The notes under the pieces were generated by a model. That model had not been told where the DNA came from and did no database searches. It was given only the letters and a program-made list of their open reading frames with translations. Positions 1 to 10,679 of a stretch of DNA of 64,000 nucleotides are shown piece after piece. The DNA is taken from the NCBI GenBank assembly GCA_963665115.1, contig OY762007.1:6816001-6880000 (forward strand). The letters run 5' to 3'. Source of the DNA: an uncultured Rivularia sp. GTDB taxonomy: Bacteria; Cyanobacteriota; Cyanobacteriia; Cyanobacteriales; Nostocaceae. The first letter of the stretch is position 1; the number at the start of each line of letters is the position of its first letter. A program made the position numbers and the translations under genes.

Positions 1-165
1 CCCAAATATCCACTCTACAAACAATTTGCCCAACTCACCCAACTTGAAGAAGAAGCAGGATTATATGAAAATCCCCGCGAAATCGGAACCCTTAAAGGCT
101 GGCAAAAATGTTTAGAAGAACATGATGTAGAAATTAAAGAACATCAAGTTAGAAAAAGGGAATAG
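1..165 (+). CDS. 3' end of a putative DNA phosphorothioation-associated methyltransferase (partial, runs off window)
   Basis: Frame 1 is open to TAG at 163-165 and reads PKYPLYKQFAQLTQLEEEAGLYENPREIGTLKGWQKCLEEHDVEIKEHQV. This resembles, from recall, the C-terminus of the TIGR04096 family (P.YP.Y..FA.LT..EE..GL.....IGT..GW...L). Confidence 0.55.
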   Translation, partial: PKYPLYKQFAQLTQLEEEAGLYENPREIGTLKGWQKCLEEHDVEIKEHQVRKRE

Positions 166-183
166 GGGATTGGGCATTGGAAA

Positions 184-420
184 TAGTTAGGAGTAGGAAG
201 TAGGGAGTAGGGAGTTATGAGTAGGAAGTAGGGAGTAGGGAGTAGGGAGTAGGAAGTAGGGAGTAGAGAGTAGGAAGTAGGAAGTAGGGAGTAGGAAGTA
301 GGGAGTAGGGAGTAGGAAGTAGGGAGTAGGAAGTAGGGAGTAGGAAGTAGGGAGTAGGAAGTAGGAAGTAGGGAGTAGGGAGTAGGGAGTAGGGAGTAGG
401 AAGTAGGGAGTAGAGAGTAA
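184..420. repeat. STRR heptamer tandem array (GGGAGTA/GGAAGTA)n
   Basis: About 33 tandem 7-mers; typical Nostocales short tandemly repeated repetitive sequence. Confidence 0.95.
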
Positions 421-560
421 ATCACTTTTTTATTATTGTCATAAATGTCGGTACTTCTGCTCGTCTATTTTTACTCGCTACTTGTTACTCATTACTCATT
501 ACTCACTACTCACTACTCACTACTCACTACTCACTACTTTAATAATGTCCCCTTGTTTCC
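413..560 (+). repeat. Dispersed composite repeat, copy 1 (unique ~55-bp core + TACTCAC array); inverted copy at 29385-29520
   Basis: GTAAATCACTTTTTTATTATTGTCATAAATGTCGGTACTTCTGCTCGTCTATTTTTACT matches the reverse complement of 29453-29511 with one mismatch; the flanking arrays are also shared. Confidence 0.9.
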
Positions 561-1093
561 CCCTCTCCCCCTCTCCCCCTCTCTCCATCCCCCATTCGGC
601 GTATTGGCACAACAATAAAATACAACTGTGTCAAGATATCGTTCATGTTTTAATTAACTAAAATTTTTTCATGCCAGGGTGTAAGCATCGAGTAATAGAT
701 AAATGTGTTTTGTAATACTTTACAAATCTATCGATGCTTTGGTAACAAATATGTCTATGCTCTTAATGCTATAAATCGCGGTTACTAGAACCGAGTTTGC
801 AGCAAAGAGTTGTTATAAGGTTACTTGCTACCATTACAGGGACTCTGGCTGAAGAATAATCTTTGAGTAAATTCGGTATCAATTGTTAACCTTAACACTT
901 GATGCTTGATACGCAGCGAGTAAAATAAATGACTTTTTTTATAGGAAAGCCTTCCTATTCAAAATAATTGCGATTAGCGGTTTACGATTAAAAACGCTGC
1001 ATATGCTCAACTAAATTTAAATTGCCAGTGTTTGCCCCTTGGAACCAATAATTCTTATTCGCGGAAACCAAGATAAAAAAAGGAAATAGATTT

Positions 1094-1498
1094 ATGGGGC
1101 AAGAATTCGTTGGTATTGTATCGATTGTGATTCTAATGGCGATAGGGGTTATACTCGGCTATGTTCTTTCTCAATTAATTTTGGGATATTTGACGCTGAA
1201 TTTGATAACTTTTCTGGGAACCCTTAGCTTAATAATTATTTTCGGCACTTTATATTTTGTTCTATTTTGGGAGTTTAAAAAGCGTCAGTCGCACTCGTTT
1301 TCTCCACAACCATCATATCCAACACCAGAACCCACAGCCGATGCACACCTGCAAAATCAACTCTTTGCTTTAGTTGGTGGTGATAAGGGCACTGCAAACC
1401 GCTTAGTCGAACAACTAAAGCGAAATCATCCCGAGATGTCAGAAAATTGGTATTGGCAAAGGGCGATCGCCGACTTGGAAAGGGACAGGGGGCGCTAA
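1094..1498 (+). CDS. Hypothetical membrane protein (two N-terminal TM segments, conserved cyanobacterial C-terminal domain)
   Basis: ORF with AGGA RBS, hydrophobic N-half, and C-terminal LVGGD..TA.RL......P..SE.WYWQRAI.DLERDR motif. Confidence 0.85.
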   Translation: MGQEFVGIVSIVILMAIGVILGYVLSQLILGYLTLNLITFLGTLSLIIIFGTLYFVLFWEFKKRQSHSFSPQPSYPTPEPTADAHLQNQLFALVGGDKGTANRLVEQLKRNHPEMSENWYWQRAIADLERDRGR

Positions 1499-1542
1499 AA
1501 TAGTTTAACTAAACTAAAAACTAATTACTAAATTTTCTACAC

Positions 1543-1761
1543 ATGGCAATATTACGTCAATACATTGCTCCCTTAATCGCAGTACTAATTTTCGGCTTAG
1601 CGTTAGTAGCAGTTAGCGCCCGGATCTTTTTACCCTCGGATATGGCAGCCCCCGCACCCATCGAAGAAGATGGAGGTGTCGGAATGTGGGAAAATGGTAC
1701 AGCACAATTTGTATCTTTAACTTCTCCGAGCTTGCAAAATAACAGTAATAAAGAAGTATAA
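1543..1761 (+). CDS. Small conserved membrane protein
   Basis: MAILRQYIAPL...ALVAVSARIFLPSDMAAPAP, a single TM cyanobacterial hypothetical family. Confidence 0.8.
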   Translation: MAILRQYIAPLIAVLIFGLALVAVSARIFLPSDMAAPAPIEEDGGVGMWENGTAQFVSLTSPSLQNNSNKEV

Positions 1762-1784
1762 ATAAGCGAGCGAATACATCATTA

Positions 1785-2276
1785 GTGGCAGAAAAACTAC
1801 TACAGGATTACACAGTTCGTTCCGGCTCAACCTTGGATAGAGCGCTGCTGGTAAAATTCATGCAGCGCACTTACCAAGATATGTTTCCGCAACAAGATTT
1901 TTCACATTTATCGCAAACAGTCGAGCAATATCTTTCTACAAACACCCCCTTATGGTGGATAGAATATTCAGCAGAGAAAAAAGAACAAGTAGATATATTC
2001 CCCACCACTCCAATTGCTTGCTTGTGGATGGGAAACGCCATCGATCAAATTAGCGGATTGCGTCACGCACACATATTTCTTCTCTACGTAACTCCAGAAC
2101 ATCGGCGCAAAGGTATAGGAACAGCCTTAATGCAGTACGCCGAAAACTGGGCTAAACAAAGAGGCGACAACCAAATAGCACTCCAAGTTTTTCAAACAAA
2201 TACCCCCGCCCTAAATCTCTACAACCAGCTTGGCTATCAAACCCAATCCCTGTGGATGATTAAACCTTTACAGTGA
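1785..2276 (+). CDS. GNAT family N-acetyltransferase
   Basis: Acetyl-CoA motif V.PEHRRKGIGTALM and N.PALNLY..LGY. Confidence 0.92.
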   Translation: MAEKLLQDYTVRSGSTLDRALLVKFMQRTYQDMFPQQDFSHLSQTVEQYLSTNTPLWWIEYSAEKKEQVDIFPTTPIACLWMGNAIDQISGLRHAHIFLLYVTPEHRRKGIGTALMQYAENWAKQRGDNQIALQVFQTNTPALNLYNQLGYQTQSLWMIKPLQ

Positions 2277-2420
2277 ACAATTATCAATTATCAATTATCA
2301 ATTGGGCACTGAAAAATAACTCCTAACTATATTTTCTCCTTGTCCCCTTGTCTCCCCATCTCCCCCTCTCCCCATCCCCTCCTCTTCCCAAAAATACTAG
2401 GTAATGGTAATTTTAAAATT

Positions 2421-3179
2421 ATGTATGATGCAGATGACCATTACCTACTTGATGTCGAAGCGGAACTAGAAAGCCCTCTAGATAAGATGGAGCCGCTAAG
2501 TGCGGAGTCGGAAGCGGCAAAACCGAATCCGGAGGAGATGTTAGCGCTGCTTGAAAATCCCCAGCCCCAGCAGAGAATGCTGGCGGCACGTGCTTTTTGT
2601 GATATTGAAGATGCTCGCGCTACTCCTCATTTAATTCGCTTATTAACAGATGTTTGTCCTTTGGTGCGGGTAAGTGCAGCATATGGCATTGGCCGCAACC
2701 CCAGTCCTGATGCAGTTGAAGCGTTGATTGACCAATATAATCAAGATTGGAATGGTCACGTGCGAAAAGGTGTTGTTTGGGCGTTGGGGAATTGTCGAGA
2801 TGCGCGTTGTTTAGCGCCTTTAGCCGATGCTTTAAGAACCGATATTTCTGCCGTGCGATTGTGGGCTGCTAGTTCTTTAGCACAAATGGCAGAAGTGGGT
2901 TATGAAGCTGTTGTCGGTGCAATGCCACCTTTGATTGAAGGCTTAGTAAAAGACTCTGTGCCAGCAGTGCGAAGTAATTGCGCTTGGACGATTGGACAAT
3001 TATGCCGCGAATTACCTTCTAATATTGTTTACGCTACTGCTATTGATGCTTTGATTGAAGCTTTTGCTGAAGACGGAGATTTGGGAGTGCGTGAGGATAC
3101 TAAAGCCGCATTATTAGGAGTGGGCGATCCTCGCGGACTTCAATTAATCGAAACTCTCGAACAAGAAGGCTGGTTTTAA
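2421..3179 (+). CDS. HEAT-repeat (PBS lyase-like) protein
   Basis: Repeated VR..AA.ALG units. ATG at 2421 preferred because the upstream in-frame extension is repeat-derived. Confidence 0.88.
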   Translation: MYDADDHYLLDVEAELESPLDKMEPLSAESEAAKPNPEEMLALLENPQPQQRMLAARAFCDIEDARATPHLIRLLTDVCPLVRVSAAYGIGRNPSPDAVEALIDQYNQDWNGHVRKGVVWALGNCRDARCLAPLADALRTDISAVRLWAASSLAQMAEVGYEAVVGAMPPLIEGLVKDSVPAVRSNCAWTIGQLCRELPSNIVYATAIDALIEAFAEDGDLGVREDTKAALLGVGDPRGLQLIETLEQEGWF

Positions 3180-3988
3180 TGCAGCCAAGAGCGAACAGTT
3201 ATAACCTGCAATTAACTTGAATAAGATCAAAAACCGCAGCAAGTATGTAGAAATGTGAAGCTTGATGCCCGTTTGATCTGAGGTTTTAGGGTATTTAAAT
3301 AATTTGAGACGGTAGTAAAGCACTTTCAGTAGCCAAGAATTAGGGCTCATACTGGAGAATATACGTATAACTGTGGGTGAAAGCGGTTGCCTTGAATCTA
3401 TTTATTGAAAGCTACAGCCACAAAAAGTCTTTCTTGGGATTTAGATATAGGTAATTATCGCTTAGTTTTCTATAGAGGGGAAGCTCTAAGCACTGCATAA
3501 GACTTAAATTTTGTTTTGAGAATAAGGAAAAATCGTTGAGCAGCAACGAAGAATGCAGTTAATCGGAAACAAGCTGCTCTCATCACTTGCTAGAGAATAC
3601 TAGGTTTTGCGGCTTATACCTATTGTCTTTTCATCACCTAGTTTTTAGAAGTTAAACCCATAAAACTACGAGAATTTCTTTCAATATTTGATTCTTCATA
3701 AAGTTTTGTCCTAAACATCTATAAGTTTTTACAAATCATAAGAATAACTCACTTTTAGACAGCTATTCGTATTACATCTACTAGGCAATCAGATGTATTT
3801 TAAAGTCCGATCATTTTAAGTAGTTTACCTGTTTTTGTTCGCAAGATTAAGTTGCGATAAATACTGTGGGTAAGGGATGACATATTCACTTACGCCGAAA
3901 TACTATACAAATATGGATACGAGGAAATACACAAACCAACTATCCAACACACAATTAAAAAAAACAGTATTTTCTAGAGAGATTAACA

Positions 3989-4700
3989 ATGAAAAATTTG
4001 AAAAAGTTAGTAAAAACCCTCGCAATTTCTACTTTAGGTTTAGGTATTGCTACAGCATCGATCTCCGAAGCACAAGCAGCTTCATTAGTTCCTCAAAGAG
4101 AAGGTGAAATCAAAACAAACCTTGGTTGTCTATTCGGTGTTCCATGTATTGATACAGAAGCAGAACTTGGTTACACAGTTACAAGTTTCGGATTTCAAGA
4201 CTTCGATCCAAGCCGCTTGTTTTCTGATGACAGAGGTACTGTAAATAATTACGCAATGGGGATTACATTCATAGCTGACGACGAAGGAACAACACCAGAT
4301 GCAGAGCAATATTTTTTACGTCCGGTAGCTTTTAAAGATGGTATAGTTTTTGAAGAAGGACGTTTGGAAGCTGGTTTGTTTGAGTTCTATTTTGGCAAAA
4401 CTATTAGTGAGATAAAACTAGACTTCTTCGATGTTGAGTATGCTAATTCCACCAAGATATTTGTCGGTGGACAACTAGTCGAAACTGTTGCAAACGGACC
4501 CTGACAGCAATATCCAAAGTGTAGTATTAAAAGATTTGAGTAAGTTTACAGTCCAGCTTGGTGAAGCCGGAGGTAAATTCGGTACTGGTGACGGTGTTTC
4601 ACTGCAAGTTAGCGTACCTGAATCTGAAAACGTTATCGGCTTGAGCGCTTTAGCAGTTGCTGGTGTACTTACCCTCAAACGTCGCAAAAGTGCTTCATAA
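3989..4700 (+). CDS. LEVG-like PEP-CTERM exosortase target protein (+1 frameshift near 4499)
   Basis: Signal peptide, LVPQREGEI and GRLEAG motifs; second frame ends VPES-TM-KRRK. Removing one C in GGACCC joins the two ORFs. Confidence 0.82.
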
Positions 4701-4854
4701 AAAGCTTGAATCCGAAAGCTAATTTCTCCTTACTTACTTAGTTAAAGGGTTGCATCTCACCACTTAAATATTTGAAATTTTATTTATTGCAATTTCTACC
4801 AGGATTTACGCATCTACACCAATAAAAATATTCCCTTCTCTTTAAACTTCTACC

Positions 4855-4910
4855 GAGTAGATAGATAATCTAACCTTTAGTGGTTAAGTTATCTAACTAC
4901 TCATTTTTTT
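4855..4910 (+). terminator. Long hairpin + T-run, probable intrinsic terminator
   Basis: GAGTAG-ATAGATAA...TTATCTA-ACTACTC followed by ATTTTTTT, downstream of the PEP-CTERM gene. Confidence 0.65.
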
Positions 4911-5256
4911 GGCTTTTTTTACTTTTCAAATACTTAGCAATATTACTGAATTGTTCAGCGTTATCACTGAAAAAATCTTTATTAGTTTGAAGTTGGATGT
5001 TGAAAATATGAAAAAAACAGTATTTCTTCGGTGTAAATAGCAAATAGAAGCCAGTCTTAAATAATTCATTTGACAACTATCAACGCAATTTCTCGGAAGA
5101 ATATTCGATTTTTCTCTCAAAATAAAGTTTGGATTAATTCTGTTGCTTAGGGCTTACGTTTTTGCAAGTTTGTCTATTAGCTTAGTAAGTAATCGAGGCG
5201 AACAAAACAAATTAGTTACCGCCTCATTTAAACAAAGAGAAGAAGGGAAATTAATA

Positions 5257-5997
5257 ATGCGTAAGTTTAACGTTATTGCTGCTGTTTTAGGTTTAGGTTT
5301 AGGTTTCGCTGCTGCTGCTCCTGCTGCAAATGCTGCTAACTTGATACCTCAACAAGAAGGTGAAATTGAATTGACAAACCTTCAAAGTCTTGACCCCAAT
5401 CAGTCTATTAATACTAATCCTTTCGGTTTTAGCGTTACAAGTTTACAGTTTGACAATGATAATTCTCAGAATATAAATTACGGACTTAGTAGATTATTTG
5501 TTGATTCCAAAGGAACTGCAAACGATTACGGTGCAGTTAAATTCGGGACAAGAGATGGTGGAACAACCGAAGGTGATGGAGAATATTGGCTTCGTGCTGC
5601 TGCTATTCAAGACAATGGCGTAGCTTCTGAAGGTGGAGAATTAGAAGTAGGTCGTTTCTTATTTGAATTTCAAAGAGAATTAGAAGAAATTACAATTGAT
5701 TTCTTTGATGTAGAATCATTAGGCAGCGGAGTTCTTGAAGTGAACGGGCAGAGTGTTACAGATCAGATGCTAGCAATCGGAGCTGACGGTAATACCCAGT
5801 CATTAACGTTAAATAATGTAAGTTCTTTAGTGCTACAACTTGGTAATACTAACGGTGTAGGACAAGGTGACGGTGTAACCATTTCAGGAGTACAAGCAGT
5901 TCAATCCGTACCCGAACCCACAACAACTTTCAGCCTTGGTGCTTTAGCTGTAGCTGGTATGTTCGGTGTCAAGAAGCGCAAAAATCTCAAAAAGTAG
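5257..5997 (+). CDS. LEVG family PEP-CTERM protein
   Basis: Signal peptide MRKFNVIAAVLGL..AANA, LIPQQEGEI, GELEVGRF, C-terminal VPEPTT-TM-KKRK; ATG 5257 follows AAGGGA. Confidence 0.9.
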   Translation: MRKFNVIAAVLGLGLGFAAAAPAANAANLIPQQEGEIELTNLQSLDPNQSINTNPFGFSVTSLQFDNDNSQNINYGLSRLFVDSKGTANDYGAVKFGTRDGGTTEGDGEYWLRAAAIQDNGVASEGGELEVGRFLFEFQRELEEITIDFFDVESLGSGVLEVNGQSVTDQMLAIGADGNTQSLTLNNVSSLVLQLGNTNGVGQGDGVTISGVQAVQSVPEPTTTFSLGALAVAGMFGVKKRKNLKK

Positions 5998-6186
5998 ATT
6001 ATTTAAACACAAGAACACTACAAAACCTTTTTTTGAAAGCTTCTTTTTAATCAGCTATTAACAATACTTGGAATATACCCGTTGCAAAAGCGCGGGTGCA
6101 TCCAATTTCAAACAAACAATTTTTTTTAATAGGAGGCTTTAGTCTCATGCTTTTTGTATAGAATTTTTAATTTGATGTGACATTTT

Positions 6187-6223
6187 ATTGGAGTATAGAA
6201 TCAATTTCTATGCTCCAATTTTA
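6187..6223. terminator. Hairpin terminator between convergent genes
   Basis: ATTGGAGTATAGAA-tcaat-TTCTATGCTCCAAT then TTTT. Confidence 0.6.
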
Positions 6224-6248
6224 TTGTTAGGGAGCTTTAATACAACAT

Positions 6249-6770
6249 TTAACTTCCGAACACCTGCGGCCAAGTAGTAAAAACAAAAAGTATGACTGCT
6301 GAAAGAGCTAAAAAACCCTGAATAATATTTCCAATCAAACTACCTACAACAATTCCCACACCAGCTTTAACTGCTACTACTAAATCTTTTCGATAAATTA
6401 ATTCACCAATAATTGCTCCTAAAAGCGGCCCGATAAAAATTCCTATCAAAGGGCCACCAACAACTAAAAAAGGTGGCAGTAATCCAAAGAATGCTACTGC
6501 TAAACCAATCATTGAGCCAATTTGTCCCCATTTACTTGCACCAGCTTTTTTTGCTCCCCAGTATGCAGCTAAAAAATCAATCCCCATACTCAGCAGCAAA
6601 ACGACTCCGGTAACAATCAAGGGTACGCTAATAGCAGCGAAAGAACCTTTAATAAATCCCCAAATAATAATTCCAATTAAAATCAAACTCGTCCCCGGAA
6701 CACCAGGAACAACAGCACCAATTACACCCGCAAGCATCAAGGCGATTATTAATCCGTAGATAATTTGCAT
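6249..6770 (-). CDS. DUF456 family membrane protein
   Basis: G.IGAVVPGVPG, GAKKAGASKWGQIG and GPLLGAIIGEL motifs. Confidence 0.88.
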   Translation of the reverse strand: MQIIYGLIIALMLAGVIGAVVPGVPGTSLILIGIIIWGFIKGSFAAISVPLIVTGVVLLLSMGIDFLAAYWGAKKAGASKWGQIGSMIGLAVAFFGLLPPFLVVGGPLIGIFIGPLLGAIIGELIYRKDLVVAVKAGVGIVVGSLIGNIIQGFLALSAVILFVFTTWPQVFGS

Positions 6771-6948
6771 ATTTCTTAGTTATTAATTATTAATAATGGG
6801 CATAGGGCATCGGGCATCGGGCATAGGGCATCGGGCATCGGGGAGATGGGGAGACAAGGGGACAAGGAGAGATAATTCTTAGATACTCATAACTATTTCC
6901 AATGCCCAATGCCCCATTCCCTATTCTCAATGCCCAATTCCCAATTTA

Positions 6949-7584
6949 TTATTTTAAAGTAACAGCTAATTTATCGGCGATTCCAGCTATCCAATTTTCA
7001 TCTTGTTTGGTATAACTGCGTGGAGCGTGCGCTCCTAAAATTATGACTCCTTCTTCGCCAATTGGTTGACAAATGACACCTTGAGTATTACTTGGTAAAT
7101 AATCAAATTCAACTCTTCCGGGATACACTTTTAAATCTACTAAATAAACTGGCTTATGCTTTTCTAAAACTCTTTTTAATATTGCTCCGGGTGTAACTTC
7201 CGATTTTTCTCCTAAAATTCCACGACGCAATAAAACTTTGCCTTGATAGTAAACTACTACGCAACGAGTTACTGTATTTGTCAATAATAAATGAGATGCC
7301 CAAGCCAATTCTGTTTTTACAGCATCTGATAAATCGGGAGCAAGAATAAAGCCTTGTTCACCTATAAGTTCTACGCTGTCTGGTGTTTTCGGTTGTACTT
7401 GCTGCCAAATTAAACCCGTTAATATCAAAACAGCACTTAAAATTACACCAAGCACGTCAGCACGAGCTTGAGATTCTGTTAGTTGGGGTGAGTACAAACG
7501 GTTAATTAACAAAAGTACAGCGCCTAACCCACCCACAACGACAGGTAGACGCTTTAAAAAGCGATTGGGATCTGGATTAGCCAT
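6949..7584 (-). CDS. Cofactor assembly of complex C subunit B (CCB2/CCB4 family, cytochrome b6 heme ci attachment)
   Basis: ELAWASHLLLTNT, VYLVDLKVYPGRVEFDYLP.NTQGVICQP and PRSYTKQDE.WI motifs. Confidence 0.82.
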   Translation of the reverse strand: MANPDPNRFLKRLPVVVGGLGAVLLLINRLYSPQLTESQARADVLGVILSAVLILTGLIWQQVQPKTPDSVELIGEQGFILAPDLSDAVKTELAWASHLLLTNTVTRCVVVYYQGKVLLRRGILGEKSEVTPGAILKRVLEKHKPVYLVDLKVYPGRVEFDYLPSNTQGVICQPIGEEGVIILGAHAPRSYTKQDENWIAGIADKLAVTLK

Positions 7585-7592
7585 TTTTATGT

Positions 7593-7661
7593 AGTTATGA
7601 GTTATGAGTTATGAGTTATGAGTTATGAGTTATGAGTTATGAGTTATGAGTTATGAGTTAT
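7593..7661. repeat. Heptamer tandem array (AGTTATG)n
   Basis: About 10 perfect copies between rpaB and the CCB gene. Confidence 0.95.
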
Positions 7662-7813
7662 AAATTACCGATAGGGATTTTGAAACTTTCAAGCTCAAGA
7701 TTACTTAAAAAAAAAGTACCGTATTATATCCAACTCTTCACTCTTCACTCTTCACTCTTAACTCTTAACTATTCTTATTCACTCCTAACTCCTCACTCCT
7801 CACTCCTAACTAT

Positions 7814-8542
7814 TCATTCATCCCCCGGTTCGATTATGCGTTGAAACAAGTAGCCCGTACCTCTTGCTGTCAGAATTAATTCTGGATTGGAAGGATCGTC
7901 TTCTAATTTGGCTCGCAAACGGGAGATATGTACGTCTACTACGCGAGTGTCAACATGACGTTCTGGTGTATATCCCCAGACTTCTTGTAAAATTTCCGAA
8001 CGAGAAAAAGCTTCTCCCGAACGACTTACTAAAAGCTCTAACAGGTTAAATTCCATTCCTGTCAATCGAATGCGTTCGTCACCTTTATAGACTTGACGCT
8101 TGTTTGTATCGATTTTGATAGTACTTACGTGTATTACCCCAGAACTAGGAATTCCAGAAGCACTAGTTTTGTCTACTCGTCTAAGTACGGAACGAATGCG
8201 AGCTTCTAGTTCTTTAGGGGAAAATGGTTTTACTACATAGTCATCAGCACCGAGTTCTAAGCCGGTAATTCTGTCTGCTACATCTCCTAAAGCTGTTAGC
8301 ATAATAATTGGGACATCGGATTCTTTACGTAATTCTTGACAGACACCATAGCCATCTAGCTTTGGCATCATTACATCTAAAACTACTAAGTCAGGAATTG
8401 CTTTACGAAAGGTATCTAAAGCTTCTTCCCCATCGCCAGCCGTGACCACATCGTAGCCAATCATTGAAAGGCGCGTTTCCAAAATCCGGCGAATGCTGGC
8501 TTCGTCATCTACCACCAGGATTTTTTCTTTATGGCTCTCCAA
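7814..8542 (-). CDS. rpaB: OmpR-family response regulator RpaB
   Basis: MESHKEKILVVDDEASIRRILETRLSMIGY...LILTARGTGYLFQR; TTG start at 8542 with AGGAG 8 nt upstream. Confidence 0.95.
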   Translation of the reverse strand: MESHKEKILVVDDEASIRRILETRLSMIGYDVVTAGDGEEALDTFRKAIPDLVVLDVMMPKLDGYGVCQELRKESDVPIIMLTALGDVADRITGLELGADDYVVKPFSPKELEARIRSVLRRVDKTSASGIPSSGVIHVSTIKIDTNKRQVYKGDERIRLTGMEFNLLELLVSRSGEAFSRSEILQEVWGYTPERHVDTRVVDVHISRLRAKLEDDPSNPELILTARGTGYLFQRIIEPGDE

Positions 8543-8733
8543 TCTCAACGCTCCTTAACTAAAGTTTTTCTTCATGTTAATTTTTAGTACCATTTTTAGT
8601 ACCATATTATTAAGATATCATTCCAATTATTCATTCGTAAAAACCTCGAAGGTATTACTATTATTAGATTTTGCTTCGTTCAAGAACTTAAAAGAAAATT
8701 AAGATTATTTAAGATTATTTAATAAGATTAAGA

Positions 8734-10348
8734 ATGGCTAAGCCAAAAACCTATTACGTTTGCTCTGAGTGTGGTGCGGAAACTCCTCAATGGTTGGGTA
8801 AGTGTCCGGCTTGCAACACCTACAATTCTTTACAAGAGGAAATTGCCGTACAATCCTCAACGGATATACCTTCTCGGGGTGTGGGTGCTTGGCACTCTCA
8901 GATGAGTAAGAAGAAAACCTCCAATAAACCAGCTAAGCCACGAGCATCTTTAAAACTTGACCAAATTAGCGATCGTCAAGTTGAGCGTTGGAGTTCTGGT
9001 TATGGTGAGTTAGACCGAGTTTTGGGTGGTGGAGTGGTTCCGGGTTCTATGGTATTAATTGGTGGCGACCCCCGGTATTGGTAAATCTACTCTGCTATTG
9101 CAAGTATCAAATGCATTGTCTCAACAGTATCGCATTCTTTATATCTCTGGAGAAGAATCTGCACAACAAGTTAAGTTAAGGGGTTCGCGTTTGGGAGTTG
9201 CTCAGAAAGAGCATGAAGAAGCTAACGCCAATGGTGCAGTTACAGTATCAGAAAAGACGATAGAGGAGAAAAATGGAAAGATTACGGTAGTAGAAGAGAC
9301 GAAAAGTAGAGAAGAAAAAGTTAAATCTGCTAAGGTCAATAGCGATTTATATATCTTACCCGAAACAGATTTAGAAGAAATTTTAAAGGAAATCGAGTCT
9401 CTCAGACCAAATTTAGCAGTAATTGATAGTATTCAAACGGTATTTTTTCCAGCGTTAACTTCTGCACCAGGTTCGGTGGCACAGGTGCGCGAATGTACTG
9501 CGGCTTTGATGAAAGTTGCAAAGCACGAAGACATCACCATGCTAATCGTAGGACACGTTACCAAGGAAGGAGCAATTGCAGGTCCCAAAGTTCTGGAACA
9601 CTTGGTTGATACGGTGCTGTATTTTGAAGGAGACAGGTTTGCTTCCCACAGACTATTAAGAACCGTAAAAAATCGTTTCGGCGCTACCCATGAAATTGGT
9701 ATTTTTGAAATGGTGGCGCATGGTTTGCGAGAAGTCCCCAACCCCAGCGAATTATTTTTAGGTAGTCGTGATGACCCCGCACCGGGAACTGCTATTGTGG
9801 TAGCTTGCGAAGGTACTCGTCCGATAGTAGTAGAATTACAAGCTTTAGTAAGTCCGACTAGTTACACTTCTCCGCGTCGAGCTTGTACCGGAGTAGATTA
9901 TAGTCGTTTGGTGCAAATTTTGGCAGTGTTGGAAAAACGTGTCGGAATTCCCATGTCTAAGCTGGATTCTTACGTCGCTTCTGCTGGAGGGTTAAGCGTA
10001 GAAGAGCCAGCAGTCGATTTAGGAGTTGCGATCGCAATTGTTGCTAGTTTCCGAGATCGAATTGTAGACTCCGGTACCGTATTAATTGGTGAAGTTGGAT
10101 TGGGGGGACAAGTGCGATCGGTATCGCAAATGGAATTACGGTTAAAAGAAGCAGCCAAACTAGGATTTACGCGAGCAATTGTTCCCAAAGGACAGAAGTT
10201 TCCCGAATTAGATATAGAAATTTTGCCAGTTTCCAAAGTTATAGACGCAATTATTGCAGCAATTCCCCAGCAGACTTTGACGGATGAAGATTTAGAAATG
10301 GATGATATTGATATGGAAGATATTGAAATAGAAGATATGGAAGATTGA
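8734..10348 (+). CDS. radA: DNA repair protein RadA/Sms (+1 frameshift at C-run ~9067-9071)
   Basis: Zn finger CSECG...CPAC, Walker A GGDPGIGKST split across the frameshift, KNRFG motif and Lon-like C-terminus. Confidence 0.93.
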
Positions 10349-10478
10349 GGAGATAGGGTAGAAGGGGTTTGTTTAAGTAGTGAATAACAAGTAGCAAGTA
10401 GCAAGTAAGGAATAGATGGTTGAGCAGCCCGGTTGATAATTAGAAGCGATGAGTACTTAGTACCCTTCGTGCAAGATG

Positions 10479-10577
10479 TATGTCCTAACGGACACGCTGC
10501 GTTAGTGGAGTGAGACGATAGTCTTAGGCAGCACTACGATATTTTCACTTTTATGTCCTTCGGACACGCTGCGCTAA
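10479..10577. repeat. Two copies of SDR-like small dispersed repeat TATGTCCTnCGGACACGCTGCGYTA
   Basis: Copies at 10479-10505 and 10552-10577; related to 13133-13156 (reverse) and 19101-19127. Confidence 0.75.
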
Positions 10578-10679
10578 TGCATTATACAATTTAGCTGCAC
10601 ATCAGCTTATTTCATTGATTATATTTGTATATATTTTCGGCAAAGCTTTATAATGCTTACTAAGAATAATGGTGAAAAC

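Noticed and set aside
144..425. 93-aa ORF (YSLLPT repeats); likewise 29503-29724, 29253-29483, 7653-7844, 50980-51171 and 17884-18066
   Set aside because: Translations of STRR heptamer or 9-mer arrays, not real genes.
8734..9084. radA, cimA, cheR and others as true pseudogenes or programmed frameshifts
   Set aside because: Each has exactly one +1 base in a short run, no other decay and no shared slippery or stimulator structure. Sequencing error is more parsimonious.
9970..10404. Antisense ORFs within radA, thiG, cruA, rsmH and other genes
   Set aside because: They fully or largely overlap well-supported genes on the opposite strand or frame.
10451..10464. AGTAC-TTA-GTACC as LexA box
   Set aside because: Spacer is one base short of the consensus and it lies downstream of radA.
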